From an uncultured delta proteobacterium (lineage in GTDB: Bacteria; Myxococcota; Myxococcia; Myxococcales; Anaeromyxobacteraceae): 64,000 nucleotides of DNA. How positions within the stretch are numbered: the first letter of the stretch is position 1; each line of letters starts with the position of its first letter. This document shows, piece after piece, positions 18,272-30,344 of this stretch. The position numbers and the translations under genes are program-made. Below the pieces are notes generated by a model. The model was not told where the DNA came from and made no database searches. It worked only from the letters and a program-made list of their open reading frames with translations. The stretch lies in contig CAWJSR010000029.1 of NCBI GenBank assembly GCA_963845515.1, forward strand, positions 96,001-160,000, given 5' to 3'.

Positions 18272-20281
18272 TCAGCTTTCCTGCCCCTCCCCTTCGCCTT
18301 CCTGGGTGGGCGGGTCGGCGACCGAGCGGAGCAGGTCGAACACCGCCTGCGCCTTCTTCGGACCGAAGCCCTCCACCTCTGCCAGCGCCTCCACGGAGGC
18401 CTCGCGGATCGCCTTGAGGCTGCCGAAGTGGCGGAGCAGCGCCTTCTTGCGCGACGCGCCGATTCCAGGGACGTTCTCGAGGACGCTCTGGAAGTTCCGC
18501 TCGCGCCGCAGCTTCCGGTGGAAGGTGATGGCGAAGCGGTGCGCCTCGTCGCGGATCCGCGCCATCAGGAAGAGGTCGGCCGTGTGCGGCCGGAGGACGA
18601 TGGCGTCCTTCCGGTTCGGCAGGAAGACGCGCTCGGGGCTGCGCGCGGTCTCGGGGTTGAACCCCAGCTCGGCGGTCTCCGCGGCGTCTGCCAGCGCCGC
18701 CGCGCGCCCCCGTCCGCGCCGGCCGATGACGCGCGTGGTGCCGAGCGTCTGCGCGTCGAGGACCCGGCTCTTGGCGAGGCCGACCATCTCGACGAAAGGA
18801 ACCCCCGAGATGCCGGGAGAAGGCTTCGTCGGCACCCCGAGATCGCTCGCGGCCGCGAGCGCCGCGTTGAGCTGCCCCTTCCCGCCGTCGATGACCATGA
18901 GGTCCGGCAGCGCGCCGTCGGCCAGGCCGCGCTTCAGCCGGCGCGTGATCACCTCGTGCAGCATCGCGAAGTCATCCTGCCCGGTGACGCCCTTCACCCG
19001 GTACCTGCGGTAGTTGACCTTGTCGGGCTCGCCGTCCTTGAAGGACACGCCGGAGCCGACCGCGAGCGCCCCCTGGAAGGTCGAGATGTCGTAGCACTCC
19101 ATCCACCGCGGCAGCCGGACCAGGTGGAGCGTCCGCATGAGTGACGCGAGCGCCTCCTCGCGCCGCTCGCCCCGCTCGCGCCAGCCACGGAACGACTCGC
19201 GCGCGTTCCGCTCTGCGACCTCCAGGAGGTCTGCCTTGGCCCCGCGCTGCGGCGTCAGGAGCGCGACACGCCCTCCGCGCCGGTCGGAGAGCACCTCGGC
19301 GATCGCGCCTGCGCCGTCCGGCTCCAGGGGGAGCAGGATCTCCGGAGGCGGCGGCGCCTGTTCGTAGAAGAGCGAGAGGAAGGTCGCCAGCACCTCCGCG
19401 TCGGGGAACTCCTGGCGCCGGAAGAAGAGCCCCTGGCTGTCGATCAGCCTCCCCTCACGCATGGCGAGCACCTGGATGGCGAGGTCCGACCCCTCGCGGT
19501 GGATCCCGATCACGTCCCGGTCGGCGAGATCGGCCATGTGGACCCGCTGCTTCTCCAGGCTCCGCTCGACGGCGCCGAGCTGATCTCGGAGGAGCGCGGC
19601 CTCCTCGAAGCGCATGGCTCCGGCCGCCTCGGCCATGCGGCCGCGCAGCCGCTCGAGGAGGTCGGTCTCGCGCCCCGCGAGGAAGGCGACCGCGTCGTCG
19701 ACCGACCTCCGGTAGTCCGCCTCCGGGACCGCGTACACGCAGGGGGCAGGGCAGCGGTGGATCTGGAAGAGGATGCAGGGGCGCCGGCGCGACTCGAAGA
19801 CCTTGTCGGTGCAGGTCCGGAGCTGGAAGTGACGGTTGACGATCCGGAGCGTCTCCCGGATCGAGCTCGCCGAGGAGTAGGGGCCGAAGTAGGTGGCGCC
19901 GTCCGCGGCCCGGTCGCGGGCACGCCGCACGTCGATGCGCGGATACGGATGGGACCGGTCGAGCCTGAGGAGGATGAAGTCCTTGTCGTCGCGGAGGACC
20001 ACGTTGAAGCGCGGGAGGTGCTTCTTGATGAGCGTGCACTCGAGGAGGACCGCCTCCTTCTCGGTCCGCGTGACGATGACCTCGATGTCCCCCAGCAGCT
20101 CGTCGAGGAGCGGCACGAAGGCCCGATCGTCGGTCCCCGACGCCGCGAAGTAGCTCCGGACGCGGCTCCGCAGCGAGGAGGCCTTGCCGACGTAGACCAC
20201 CTCGCCGGCGCGGTCCCGCATCAGGTAGCAGCCGGGCTCGGCCGGGAGGCCGTCAATCTTTCGGTGTAGGGCTGGATCCAT
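18272..20281 (-). CDS. uvrC: Excinuclease ABC subunit C
   Basis: Starts [67 protein letters not shown]-terminal HhH. Confidence 0.96.
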   Translation of the reverse strand: MDPALHRKIDGLPAEPGCYLMRDRAGEVVYVGKASSLRSRVRSYFAASGTDDRAFVPLLDELLGDIEVIVTRTEKEAVLLECTLIKKHLPRFNVVLRDDKDFILLRLDRSHPYPRIDVRRARDRAADGATYFGPYSSASSIRETLRIVNRHFQLRTCTDKVFESRRRPCILFQIHRCPAPCVYAVPEADYRRSVDDAVAFLAGRETDLLERLRGRMAEAAGAMRFEEAALLRDQLGAVERSLEKQRVHMADLADRDVIGIHREGSDLAIQVLAMREGRLIDSQGLFFRRQEFPDAEVLATFLSLFYEQAPPPPEILLPLEPDGAGAIAEVLSDRRGGRVALLTPQRGAKADLLEVAERNARESFRGWRERGERREEALASLMRTLHLVRLPRWMECYDISTFQGALAVGSGVSFKDGEPDKVNYRRYRVKGVTGQDDFAMLHEVITRRLKRGLADGALPDLMVIDGGKGQLNAALAAASDLGVPTKPSPGISGVPFVEMVGLAKSRVLDAQTLGTTRVIGRRGRGRAAALADAAETAELGFNPETARSPERVFLPNRKDAIVLRPHTADLFLMARIRDEAHRFAITFHRKLRRERNFQSVLENVPGIGASRKKALLRHFGSLKAIREASVEALAEVEGFGPKKAQAVFDLLRSVADPPTQEGEGEGQES

Positions 20282-20383
20282 GACGCGTGGCGCCACGCAC
20301 CAACGGTGGGCGTGGGGGGCCAAAATGAAGCTTAGCTGACATATGCTCGGCGTGCCCCGGGGGGCTGCTGGACAGGACGACGA

Positions 20384-21767
20384 ATGGCACTGACGAGCAC
20401 GCCCGAGACGCTCCACGAGATCGCGACGCTCTACACCAGGATCGCTCAGCTGGAGCGGGAGAGCGGGATCCGCCCGCCCGGCCCCGTGGACGACGCGGTG
20501 GCGGCGCCGCCCCGGTTTGCGCCGGGGCTCCACGAGATCATCGCCGGGCTGGTGGACGATTCGCTCCTCTTCTGCAACATCGCGGCAGGGATCCTCATAG
20601 CCAACGCCGCCACGGAGCGCGTGTTCGGCTGGCGCCCCAGCGAGATGGTCGGGACCAACGCGTGGACCTACGTCCACCCCGAGGACCTCAAGGCCGTCGC
20701 CACCGCCCGCTCGGCGCCGCTCGACGACGGGATCCCGTTCGAGACCCGCACGCGCGCACCCGACGGCACCTGGCGCTGGATGGAGGTCACCGCGCGGCGC
20801 TGGCCCCAGGACGAACCGACCCACATCATCCTTCAGGTCCGGCGCGCGTGGCACAAGGAGCCCGCCAGCGCTGCCCTCCCCGCCTCCGACGACGCCCCCG
20901 GCAAGCTTCGCGCCCAGCTGCGCCATGCGGCTGCGCTCGCGCGGCTCAGCCAGCTCGCGCTGGGGCTCCCGCTCGTCAGCGACGTCCTCGACGCGGGTAC
21001 CAGCCTCGGCTCCAGCGGCCTCGGGCTCGAGGTCGGGGCCTGGCTGGCGCCGGCGGGCGACACCTTCCGCGTCGGGCCCGAGACCGGCCTCGGCCCGAGC
21101 GCGCGCGACCTCGCCGTCCCGCTCGGTCGCTCGCTCGCCGGCCTGGCCTGGAGTCGCAAGGCGATCGTCGACGCGTCCCAGATCCCGGCCGACGTCCGCG
21201 CCGCCGACCCGCTCCTCGCGGCGGCCGGCGCCGGGTGCGCCCTGGCCGTCCCCGTCCGCGGCGCCGATCGGATCCACGGCGTGCTCGTCCTGGCCGGCAG
21301 GGCACCTCACGCCTTCGAGGCCGAGGAGCCGCACTTCGCCGAGACGGTGGCCAACGTCCTCGCGACGGCCCTCGACTCGCGCGCGGCGCAGGAGGCCCTC
21401 ACCAGGCGCGAACGGCTGACCCGGGCCGTCTTCGACCACGCGCGCGACGGGCTCGCGATCGTCGACGACGACGGGCGCTGCATCGACGCCAACCAGGCGG
21501 CCCACGCCAGGCTCGAGGTGCCGCTGGGCGCCCTCCGTGGCAGGAAGCCTGCCGAGGTCGCGGCGACGGACCTCGACCTCTCGCTGAAGGCGAGGCACGC
21601 GAGGACCACCGGCGAGGCCGTCGTCCGCACGGAGGCCGGCAAGCGGTCCCTGGAGTACGAGGTCGTTCCGGGGATCCTGCCCGGGCTCGCCCTCGCCATC
21701 TTCCGGGACGTGACCCTCGTCCGCTCGTCGAGCGAAGGGGACTCCAGCGGCCGACGTCGGCGACTGA
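20384..21767 (+). CDS. PAS-GAF-PAS sensor protein with no output domain (probable +1 error near 21737-21740)
   Basis: PAS (YVHPED), GAF (ALAVPVRG...GVLVL...F...E..F..TVANVLA), PAS ([12 protein letters not shown]...RDVT). Removing one G from GGGG gives a stop at 21765-21767, just before the uvrB stop; as written the ORF runs to 22066. Confidence 0.7.
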
Positions 21768-21780
21768 CTCCCCCTGGCGA

Positions 21781-23871
<2,091 letters not shown>

Positions 23872-23974
23872 CCCGGGAATCTAGCAGGGGGCGGGCCTGG
23901 CTTCAGCGGCCGCGGAACAGACCGTTCCCGGTGGGGGCCGGGCGCTCGCGCACGATCCGGGTTAGAACCGGCCC

Positions 23975-25238
23975 GTGCCCCGCATCTCCGAGCGCGCGCT
24001 CCTCTTCCTGGTCGGGGCCGTCCAGTTCGTCAACGTCCTCGACTTCATGATGGTGATGCCGCTCGGCCCCGACTTCGCGGCCGGGCTCGGCATCCCCGCC
24101 TCGCAGCTCGGGCTCGTCGGCGGCGCCTACACGGCCGCGGCCGCGGTCGCCGGGCTCCTCGCGGCCTCCTTCCTCGACCGCTTCGACCGGCGCGCCGCGC
24201 TCGCCGTCGCGATGCTCGGGCTGGTCGTGGGGACGGCCTCGGGCGGCTTCGCCTCCGGCCTCGGCACGATGATCGCGGCCCGCTGCCTCGCGGGCGCCTT
24301 CGGCGGTCCGGCCACCGCGCTCTCGATCGCCATCGTCACCGACGCGGTCCCGGCGGAGCGGCGCGGCAAGGCGCTCGGCAAGGTGATGGGGGCCTTCTCC
24401 ATCGCGTCGGTGCTCGGGGTCCCGGCGGGGCTCGAGCTGGCGCGGCTCGGCGGGTGGCGGACCCCCTTCTTCGCCGTCGCCGCGCTGGGCCTCGTCATCG
24501 CCGGCGCGGCCCTCTGGCTGATGCCGCCCCTGCGCGCCCACCTGGTGGGCTCCGCCGCCGGACGCCGCGCCGCGGGTCTCCCTCGCGCGCCGCCCGGTCG
24601 CGATCCTCTCGCTCGCCGCCACGGCGACCTCGATGGCGTCCGGCTTCGCCATCATCCCGAACATGGCCACCTGGGTGCAGTTCAACCTCGGCTATCCGCG
24701 GGCACGGCTCGGGCTCCTCTACATGGCGGGCGGCGCCGTCGCCTTCTTCTCCCTGCGCCTCGCCGGCCGAATGGTCGATCGCGTCGGCGCTCCCCGGGTC
24801 GCCGCGCTGGGAACCGCCATCACCGTCGCGGTCATGGCGCTCCTGTTCGGCTGGCCGCCGGCCGGCGTCCCGGTCATCCCGCTCTTCGTGGGCTTCATGA
24901 TCGGCAACTCCACGCGCAACGTGAGCGTCAGCGCCCTCTCGACGCGCGTCCCGTCCCCCGGGGAGCGCGCGCGCTTCCTCTCGGCACAGTCGGCGGTGCA
25001 GCACCTCGCCGCGGCCGCCGGGGCGGCCCTCTCGACGCAGCTGCTCACGGTGGAGCCCGACGGGCGGCTCGGGGGGATGCAGGGGTTGGTCGTGCTCTCG
25101 ACCGCGGTGGCGCTCGCGCTCCCCTTCCTGCTCGCCGCCGTGGCGCGTCGCCTCCCCGTGAGCCGGCGCGTCGACAGCGCCCGGGGAAGTGTGCTCTCCT
25201 CCGCGGTGGGGACGGGGCCGACCGACGAGCCGACATGA
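23975..25238 (+). CDS. MFS transporter (frameshifted near 24560-24590)
   Basis: VQFVNVLDFMMVMPLGP, motif A DRFDRR; second half continues in the +1 frame (RRPVAILSLAATATSMASGF...GRMVDRVG). Confidence 0.85.
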
Positions 25239-25720
25239 GCTTCTCAGACTGGATCAGGCAGTTCCGGCTGCTGCACGCCGAGGCGAAGAAGGGGACCCTC
25301 ACTCCGGACGACCTGCAGGACTACCGGTCGGCCTGCGACGAGTTCGCGCGCGCGCTCATCACCGCGCAGCGGCTCCCGCTCAAGCCCGGGGACGTGCCGC
25401 GCCACACGCTGCGCGTCGCCCGCGCGGTGCAGGTCGAGCTGGAGTCGCCCGTGACCCAGCTCCGCGTCACGACGATCGACCTCGGCGTCGGCGGCTTCTC
25501 CGCGATCCTGCCGAAGCCGCCCAGGGTCGGCGACGAGTACTCCTGCAAGGTCAAGCTGCCTGGCGGCGACCCGCTGGAGACGATCGCGACCACCGCCGAG
25601 GTGAGGCCCCAGCCAGGCTCCGCACGGATCTCGTTCACGTTCGGCAAGCTGTCGGACGAGACCAGGGGCAGGATCGAGACCGTGGTCATCGACACCGCGC
25701 TCTCGCAGATCGCGACCTGA
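25235..25720 (+). CDS. PilZ-domain protein
   Basis: ATGA overlap with the MFS stop; RxxxR (RHTLR) and DxSxxG-like (DLGVGG) motifs after a helical N-terminal extension. Confidence 0.75.
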   Translation: MSFSDWIRQFRLLHAEAKKGTLTPDDLQDYRSACDEFARALITAQRLPLKPGDVPRHTLRVARAVQVELESPVTQLRVTTIDLGVGGFSAILPKPPRVGDEYSCKVKLPGGDPLETIATTAEVRPQPGSARISFTFGKLSDETRGRIETVVIDTALSQIAT

Positions 25721-25800
25721 TCGATCCCGTCGGGGCGGCCCATCTCCGAAGCTCGATGGGTCGACCGTCGGTGCAACGGACGCGTGGCCCGCCGCCGGCG

Positions 25801-26253
25801 TCAGCCTCGCATCGCCCTGGAGAGCTCGCGGTCGAAGACCGCGGCGAACGCCCGCGCCTCCCTGGGCCCGAAGCCGCTCGGGCCGCCGGTCACGACGCCG
25901 CCCTCACGCAGCTCGTGGTGGAAGTTGCGCAGGGCGAGCGCCTCGCCGACGTTCTCCTCCGTGTAGACGGTGCCGCGCAGGTCGAGCACCACCACGCCGA
26001 GGGCCACCAGCGCGGCCGCCAGCGGGATGTCGGCCGTGATGGCGAGGTCACCGACCCCCGCCGACTTCGCGATGTAGCCGTCTGCGACGTCGAGCCCCAT
26101 CCCCACACGGACGGTCGAGACGTGCCGGGAGGGCGGCAGCCGGATGTTCTTGTTGGCGACGAAGATCGCGCTCACCGCGAGCCGCTCCGCCGCCCGCACG
26201 ACGATCTCCTTCACCGCCGCGGGGCAGGCGTCGGCGTCGACGAAGATCTTCAC
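25801..26253 (-). CDS. YaiI/YqxD (UPF0178) family protein
   Basis: [31 protein letters not shown]. Confidence 0.9.
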   Translation of the reverse strand: MKIFVDADACPAAVKEIVVRAAERLAVSAIFVANKNIRLPPSRHVSTVRVGMGLDVADGYIAKSAGVGDLAITADIPLAAALVALGVVVLDLRGTVYTEENVGEALALRNFHHELREGGVVTGGPSGFGPREARAFAAVFDRELSRAMRG

Positions 26254-26278
26254 GGGCTGCCTCCGCCGGGACGATCGC

Positions 26279-27726
26279 CTACTGCACCTTCCACGTCGTC
26301 CCCTCGGGCCCGTCCATGATGGCGACGCCGATCCCGAGCAGCTCGTCCCGCAGGGCGTCGGAGCGGGCGAAGTCCTTCGCCTTGCGGGCCTCGGCGCGCG
26401 CTGCGATCCGCTCCTCCACGAGCTTCTCGTCGATCCCGCGACGCTTCGCCGCCTTGTCCCGCAGCGCGCGGAGCGCCTCGGCCGGCGGGCGCTGCAGGAC
26501 GCCGAGCGTGGCGCAGACCGCCCGTGCGTCGCGCGCGAAGGCCGCGCAGCTCCGCCTTCTCCGGCGGCGCCTTCTTCCCCTTCTTGTCGGCCAGCACGTT
26601 GGCCGCCGTGAAGGCCTCGGCGAGGAGGCCGAGCACCTGGGGTGTGTTGAAGTCGTCGTCCAGCGCGGCGCGGCAGGGCTCGACGAAGGCGGAGGCCGCC
26701 CCCGGCGCCGCGTCGCCCGCCGTCTTCTCCGCCTTCACGAGGGTCTCGTAGAGGTAGCCGAGCCGCCGCTCCGCCTCGTCGAGGATCGCGTCCGAGAAGT
26801 TGAAGTCGTTACGGTAGTGGGTTCCGAGCAGGAAGAAGCGCAGCCCCTCCCCGTCGTAGCGGGCCAGGACGTCGCGCACCGTGAAGAAGTTGCCGAGCGA
26901 CTTCGACATCTTCTCGTCGTCGATCTCGACGAAGCCGTTGTGGAGCCAGTAGCGCGCGAAGTCGTCCGCGCGAAGGGCATCGCTCGTCGCCGCCACCGAC
27001 TGCGCGATCTCGTTGGTGTGGTGGGGGAAGACGAGGTCCTTGCCGCCCGTGTGGATGTCGAAGGTGTCGCCGAGGTGCTTGCGCGTCATCGCCGAGCACT
27101 CGATGTGCCAGCCCGGCCGCCCCTTCCCCCACGGGGAATCCCAGCGATGGCTCGCCGGGCTTCGCCCCCTTCCAGAGCGCGAAGTCGAGCGGATCGCGCT
27201 TCGCCTCGCCGGGATCGACGCGGGCGCCCGCGATCAGATCGTCGAGGTTCCGCCTGGAGAGCCGCCCGTACTCGGGGAACTTCCGGACCGCGTAGTAGAC
27301 GTCGCCGTTCCCGGGCGCGTAGGCGAAGCCCCGCGCGACCAGCGTCCCTATGAGGGCGACGATCTCGGGGATCGTGTCGGTGACGCGCGGCTCGACGTCG
27401 GGGCGGACGCAGCCGAGGGCATCCATGTCGACGTGGAACGCGTCGGCGAAGCGGTCGGCGAGCGCGATCGGATCCTCGCCCCGCTCGTTCGCCCGCTTGA
27501 TGATCTTGTCGTCCACGTCGGTGAAGTTGCGGACGTACTTGACCTCCAGCCCGCGCTGCCGGAGGTGGCGCACGACCACGTCCCACACGACGTAGCAGCG
27601 GGCGTGGCCGAGGTGCGAGTAGTCGTAGACGGTCGGGCCGCAGGCGTAGAGGCCGATCTTCCCGGGGACGAGGGGGACCAGCTCGCGCTTCTTCGCCGTG
27701 AGGGTGTCGTGAACCTGGATGGTCAT
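26279..27726 (-). CDS. cysS: Cysteine--tRNA ligase (two apparent +1 frameshifts near 27144 and 26547)
   Basis: CGPTVY...[48 protein letters not shown] and a C-terminal [10 protein letters not shown]...GTTW spread over three frames. Confidence 0.95.
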
Positions 27727-27741
27727 CGCGGTCTGGTTCCG

Positions 27742-28325
27742 TCAGTCGACGAGGCGGCGCACGAGGGCGCGCAGGTTGATGCCTAGGATGAGGAGGAGGA
27801 CGGCCGAGGCGCCGATCGGCAGGTAACGCTGCCGCGGTCGCTCGCCGTCGCGGAGGACCAGCCAGGCGTCGCCCAGCTGCGTGCCCTGCGACCGCAGCTC
27901 GGCGACCACCGGCGCGTACCGCCTCCGAGCAGGCTTCTCCGCGAGGAGCCGCCCCTCGTAGAGCGGTGGGCCGTCGCGCCCCGGCCGGTCGATCAGCAGG
28001 TTGGTGTTGGCGAGCCGCCCGACCATGCGGACCGCCTTGCCCTCCACGATCGGGATCGCCTCGCGGAGGTCGCCGCGAACCTGCACCAGGCGGTCGGCCC
28101 GGGCCAGGTCGAGGTGATAGGCGCCCGGCGCGCCGAGGTCGATCGGCTCGACGGGCGAGAAGAAGTAGCGGACGTCCGGCCAGAAGTCCCAGAGGAGCCA
28201 CCCGGCCGCCAGGATCATCACCATCGCGAAGACGGGGGAGCGCCGCAGGAACGGCGACTCCCGCTTCTCGGCGGCGGCTCCGGCTCCGCGGCCGTCGGGT
28301 CGTTCAGATCGTCTGGACCGCTCAT
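27742..28325 (-). CDS. Hypothetical two-TM membrane protein (start at 28325 needs a frameshift near 28270; otherwise starts at 28224)
   Basis: ATGA overlap with the ispDF stop; TMs [12 protein letters not shown] and [15 protein letters not shown]. Confidence 0.6.
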
Positions 28326-29491
28326 CCCGTCCTCCTCGCGAGCAGGACCACGGCGTGGGCGGCGATCCCCTCGCCGCGTCCCACGAAGCCCATCCCCTCG
28401 CCGGTGGTCGCCTTCACGTTCACCTGCGCCGGCGCGACGCCGAGCGCCTCCGCAATCCGCGCGCGCATCTCCTCCGCCCGCGGCGCGATCTTCGGGCGCT
28501 TCGCGGCGAGCGTCACGTCGGCGTTCCCGAGCCGCCAGCCGTGCTCCGCGGCACGGGCCGCGATCTCGCGGAGGAGCAGGAGCGAGCTGACCCCCTTCCA
28601 GCGGGGGTCGGTGTCCGGGAAGTGGCGCCCGAGGTCGCCGAGCCCGGCCGCGCCCAGGATCGCGTCGCCGATGGCGTGGGCGCAGACGTCCGCGTCCGAA
28701 TGGCCGAGCAGCCCGTCACCCTCGTGCTCCACTCCGCCGAGGACGAGCCTCCGCCCGGGCGCGAACCGGTGCGTGTCGTAGCCGACGCCTGTCGCGAACG
28801 GGAGCTCGGTGACGGCGCGCGCGCGCTCCACGTCCTCGGGGCTCGTGATCTTGAAGTTCCCGGGGGCACCGGAGACAAGCGTGACCGGCGCGCCGAACCG
28901 CTCCACGAGCGCGCTCTCGTCGGTCGCCGCCGAGGCGTCGGCGCCGGCCGCAGCGTAGGCGCGCGCCAGCAGCTCGCGACGGAAGCCCTGCGGCGTCTGC
29001 GCCAGCCAGAGCTCGCGACGGTCGAGCGTCGCCGCGACCCGCGGCTGGCCTTCGGTGCGCTCGCCCGCGGCCCGCTTCACCGTGTCGGTCACCGGCTGGG
29101 CGGCCAGGGCGGCGCCGTCACGGGCGGCTGCCTCTGCGACGCGCCGGACGAGCTCGGGCGCCGCAAAAGGGCGGGCCGCGTCGTGGACCAGGATGACCGC
29201 GCAGCCTTCGAGCGCAGCGAGGCCGTTCAGGACCGAGTCGGCCCGGTGCGCGCCGCCCGCCACCACGCGCGGCAGGAGCACCAGTCCCGCCAGCTCGGCC
29301 ACGGCGCGGGGCTCGTCGCCCGCGGGTACGACGACGACCAGCTCGTCGACCACGCCACTCTCGGCCAGGAGCCGGACGGAGCGGCGCAGCACCGACTCGC
29401 CCCCCAGGACGAGCCACTGCTTCGCCAGGCCGGCGCGCTGCCCAGCGCCGCCTGCCGCCACGATGGCTCCGACCCGTTCGCCGCCGATCAT
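28322..29491 (-). CDS. ispDF: Bifunctional IspD/IspF
   Basis: AAGGAGQR..K, RADSV, LVHDAARP, QTPQGF, NFKIT (IspD); GYDTHR, GHSDADV..HA..DA, KATTGE (IspF). Confidence 0.95.
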   Translation of the reverse strand: MIGGERVGAIVAAGGAGQRAGLAKQWLVLGGESVLRRSVRLLAESGVVDELVVVVPAGDEPRAVAELAGLVLLPRVVAGGAHRADSVLNGLAALEGCAVILVHDAARPFAAPELVRRVAEAAARDGAALAAQPVTDTVKRAAGERTEGQPRVAATLDRRELWLAQTPQGFRRELLARAYAAAGADASAATDESALVERFGAPVTLVSGAPGNFKITSPEDVERARAVTELPFATGVGYDTHRFAPGRRLVLGGVEHEGDGLLGHSDADVCAHAIGDAILGAAGLGDLGRHFPDTDPRWKGVSSLLLLREIAARAAEHGWRLGNADVTLAAKRPKIAPRAEEMRARIAEALGVAPAQVNVKATTGEGMGFVGRGEGIAAHAVVLLARRTG

Positions 29492-29505
29492 TCGACCCTC
29501 AGAGT

Positions 29506-29521
29506 TGGCATCGACCGTGCT
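29506..29521 (+). promoter_or_regulatory. Candidate sigma54 -24/-12 promoter pointing toward the 3' end of cdnL (antisense)
   Basis: TGGCATCGACCGTGCT with GG-N10-GC spacing. Confidence 0.45.
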
Positions 29522-29582
29522 GACGTGGTGTGGGCATGACCACCCTCCACCCGAAGTGCCCCGTTTTACCCCAGAAATGCGA

Positions 29583-29612
29583 CCGCCGCGCGGACTCTGG
29601 TCCGTGCGGCGG
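29583..29612. terminator. 13-bp hairpin between cdnL and ispDF
   Basis: CCGCCGCGCGGAC-TCTG-GTCCGTGCGGCGG; one G.U pair that forms only on the + strand; weak U-tracts on both sides. Confidence 0.5.
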
Positions 29613-29655
29613 CTGGTTCCTGCGGCCCCTGGCGCCGGAGCGCCGGGTGAGGACC

Positions 29656-30180
29656 TCAGCTGAAGTTGAAGATCTTCTTCAGGTCGCCCTCGACCTCCTG
29701 CTCGTCGCAGTCCTTCGCGATGGCCAGCTCCTTGATGAGGAGCGAGCGGGCCGTGTCGAGCATCTTCCGCTCGCCGAACGAGAGGTCCTTGTCCGACCGG
29801 AGCAGGTAGAGGTCGCGCAGGACCTCTGCGATCTCGTAGACGCTGCCGGTCTTGATCTTGTCCATGTACTCGCGATACCGGCGGTTCCAGGTCGTGGAGT
29901 CGACCGAGACCTCCTTCTCGCGAAGGATGCTGTAGACCTTGCGGACTTCCTTCTCGCCGATGATCTCGCGGAGGCCCACCGAGTTCACCTTGTTCATCGG
30001 GATCATGATCTTCATCCCGTTCTCGAGGATCTTGAGCACGTAGAAGGACTGCCGCTGGCCGGCGACCTCCTTGTGCTCGATCCCCATTACCTCACCGACC
30101 CCCTGTCCGGGATAAACTGCCTTGTCCCCGACCCGGAAGGTGGGGGAGACTGCTGCTGCAACCTCGAGAGTGGCGGGCAT
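29656..30180 (-). CDS. carD: CarD/CdnL RNA-polymerase-binding transcription factor
   Basis: FRVGDKAVYPGQGVG, VGLREII, TWNRRYRE..KIKTG..EIAEVLRDL, LSFGERKML; no AT-hook tail, so CdnL type; synteny with ispDF-cysS. Confidence 0.93.
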   Translation of the reverse strand: MPATLEVAAAVSPTFRVGDKAVYPGQGVGEVMGIEHKEVAGQRQSFYVLKILENGMKIMIPMNKVNSVGLREIIGEKEVRKVYSILREKEVSVDSTTWNRRYREYMDKIKTGSVYEIAEVLRDLYLLRSDKDLSFGERKMLDTARSLLIKELAIAKDCDEQEVEGDLKKIFNFS

Positions 30181-30255
30181 TCCGTCCTCCGCCCCGTTTT
30201 GCGATCTGACCCCCGACTCGTTTCGGAGGGATCGCTGCGGGCGTTTAGCCGACCC

Positions 30256-30284
30256 ACACTACACAAGTCGACCCCTCAGGTCAA
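30256..30284 (-). promoter_or_regulatory. sigma70-type promoter for cdnL
   Basis: TTGACC-17 nt-TAGTGT on the minus strand. Confidence 0.6.
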
Positions 30285-30344
30285 CAACATAGCGAGATCA
30301 ATTGGGGTTTTCCCGCCCACCCTCCTCCCCCTTGGGGTCACCCA

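Noticed and set aside
18272..21598. UvrC with a 438-aa N-terminal extension
   Set aside because: The extension is the antisense shadow of the PAS-GAF gene; UvrC homology starts at 20281.
23914..23928. GGAAC-AGACC-GTTCC upstream of uvrB as an SOS box
   Set aside because: Spacer is 5 nt rather than the 4 of GAAC-N4-GTTC, and no matching copy was seen upstream of uvrC.
23975..25720. 581-aa MFS-PilZ fusion in the ORF track
   Set aside because: The middle is out-of-frame nonsense; the MFS second half is in another frame and ends in an ATGA overlap with a separate PilZ gene.
26279..27726. Programmed frameshifting or pseudogenisation of cysS, hisZ and purM
   Set aside because: No shared slippery motif, and unrelated genes are hit in spatial clusters; sequencing error is more parsimonious.
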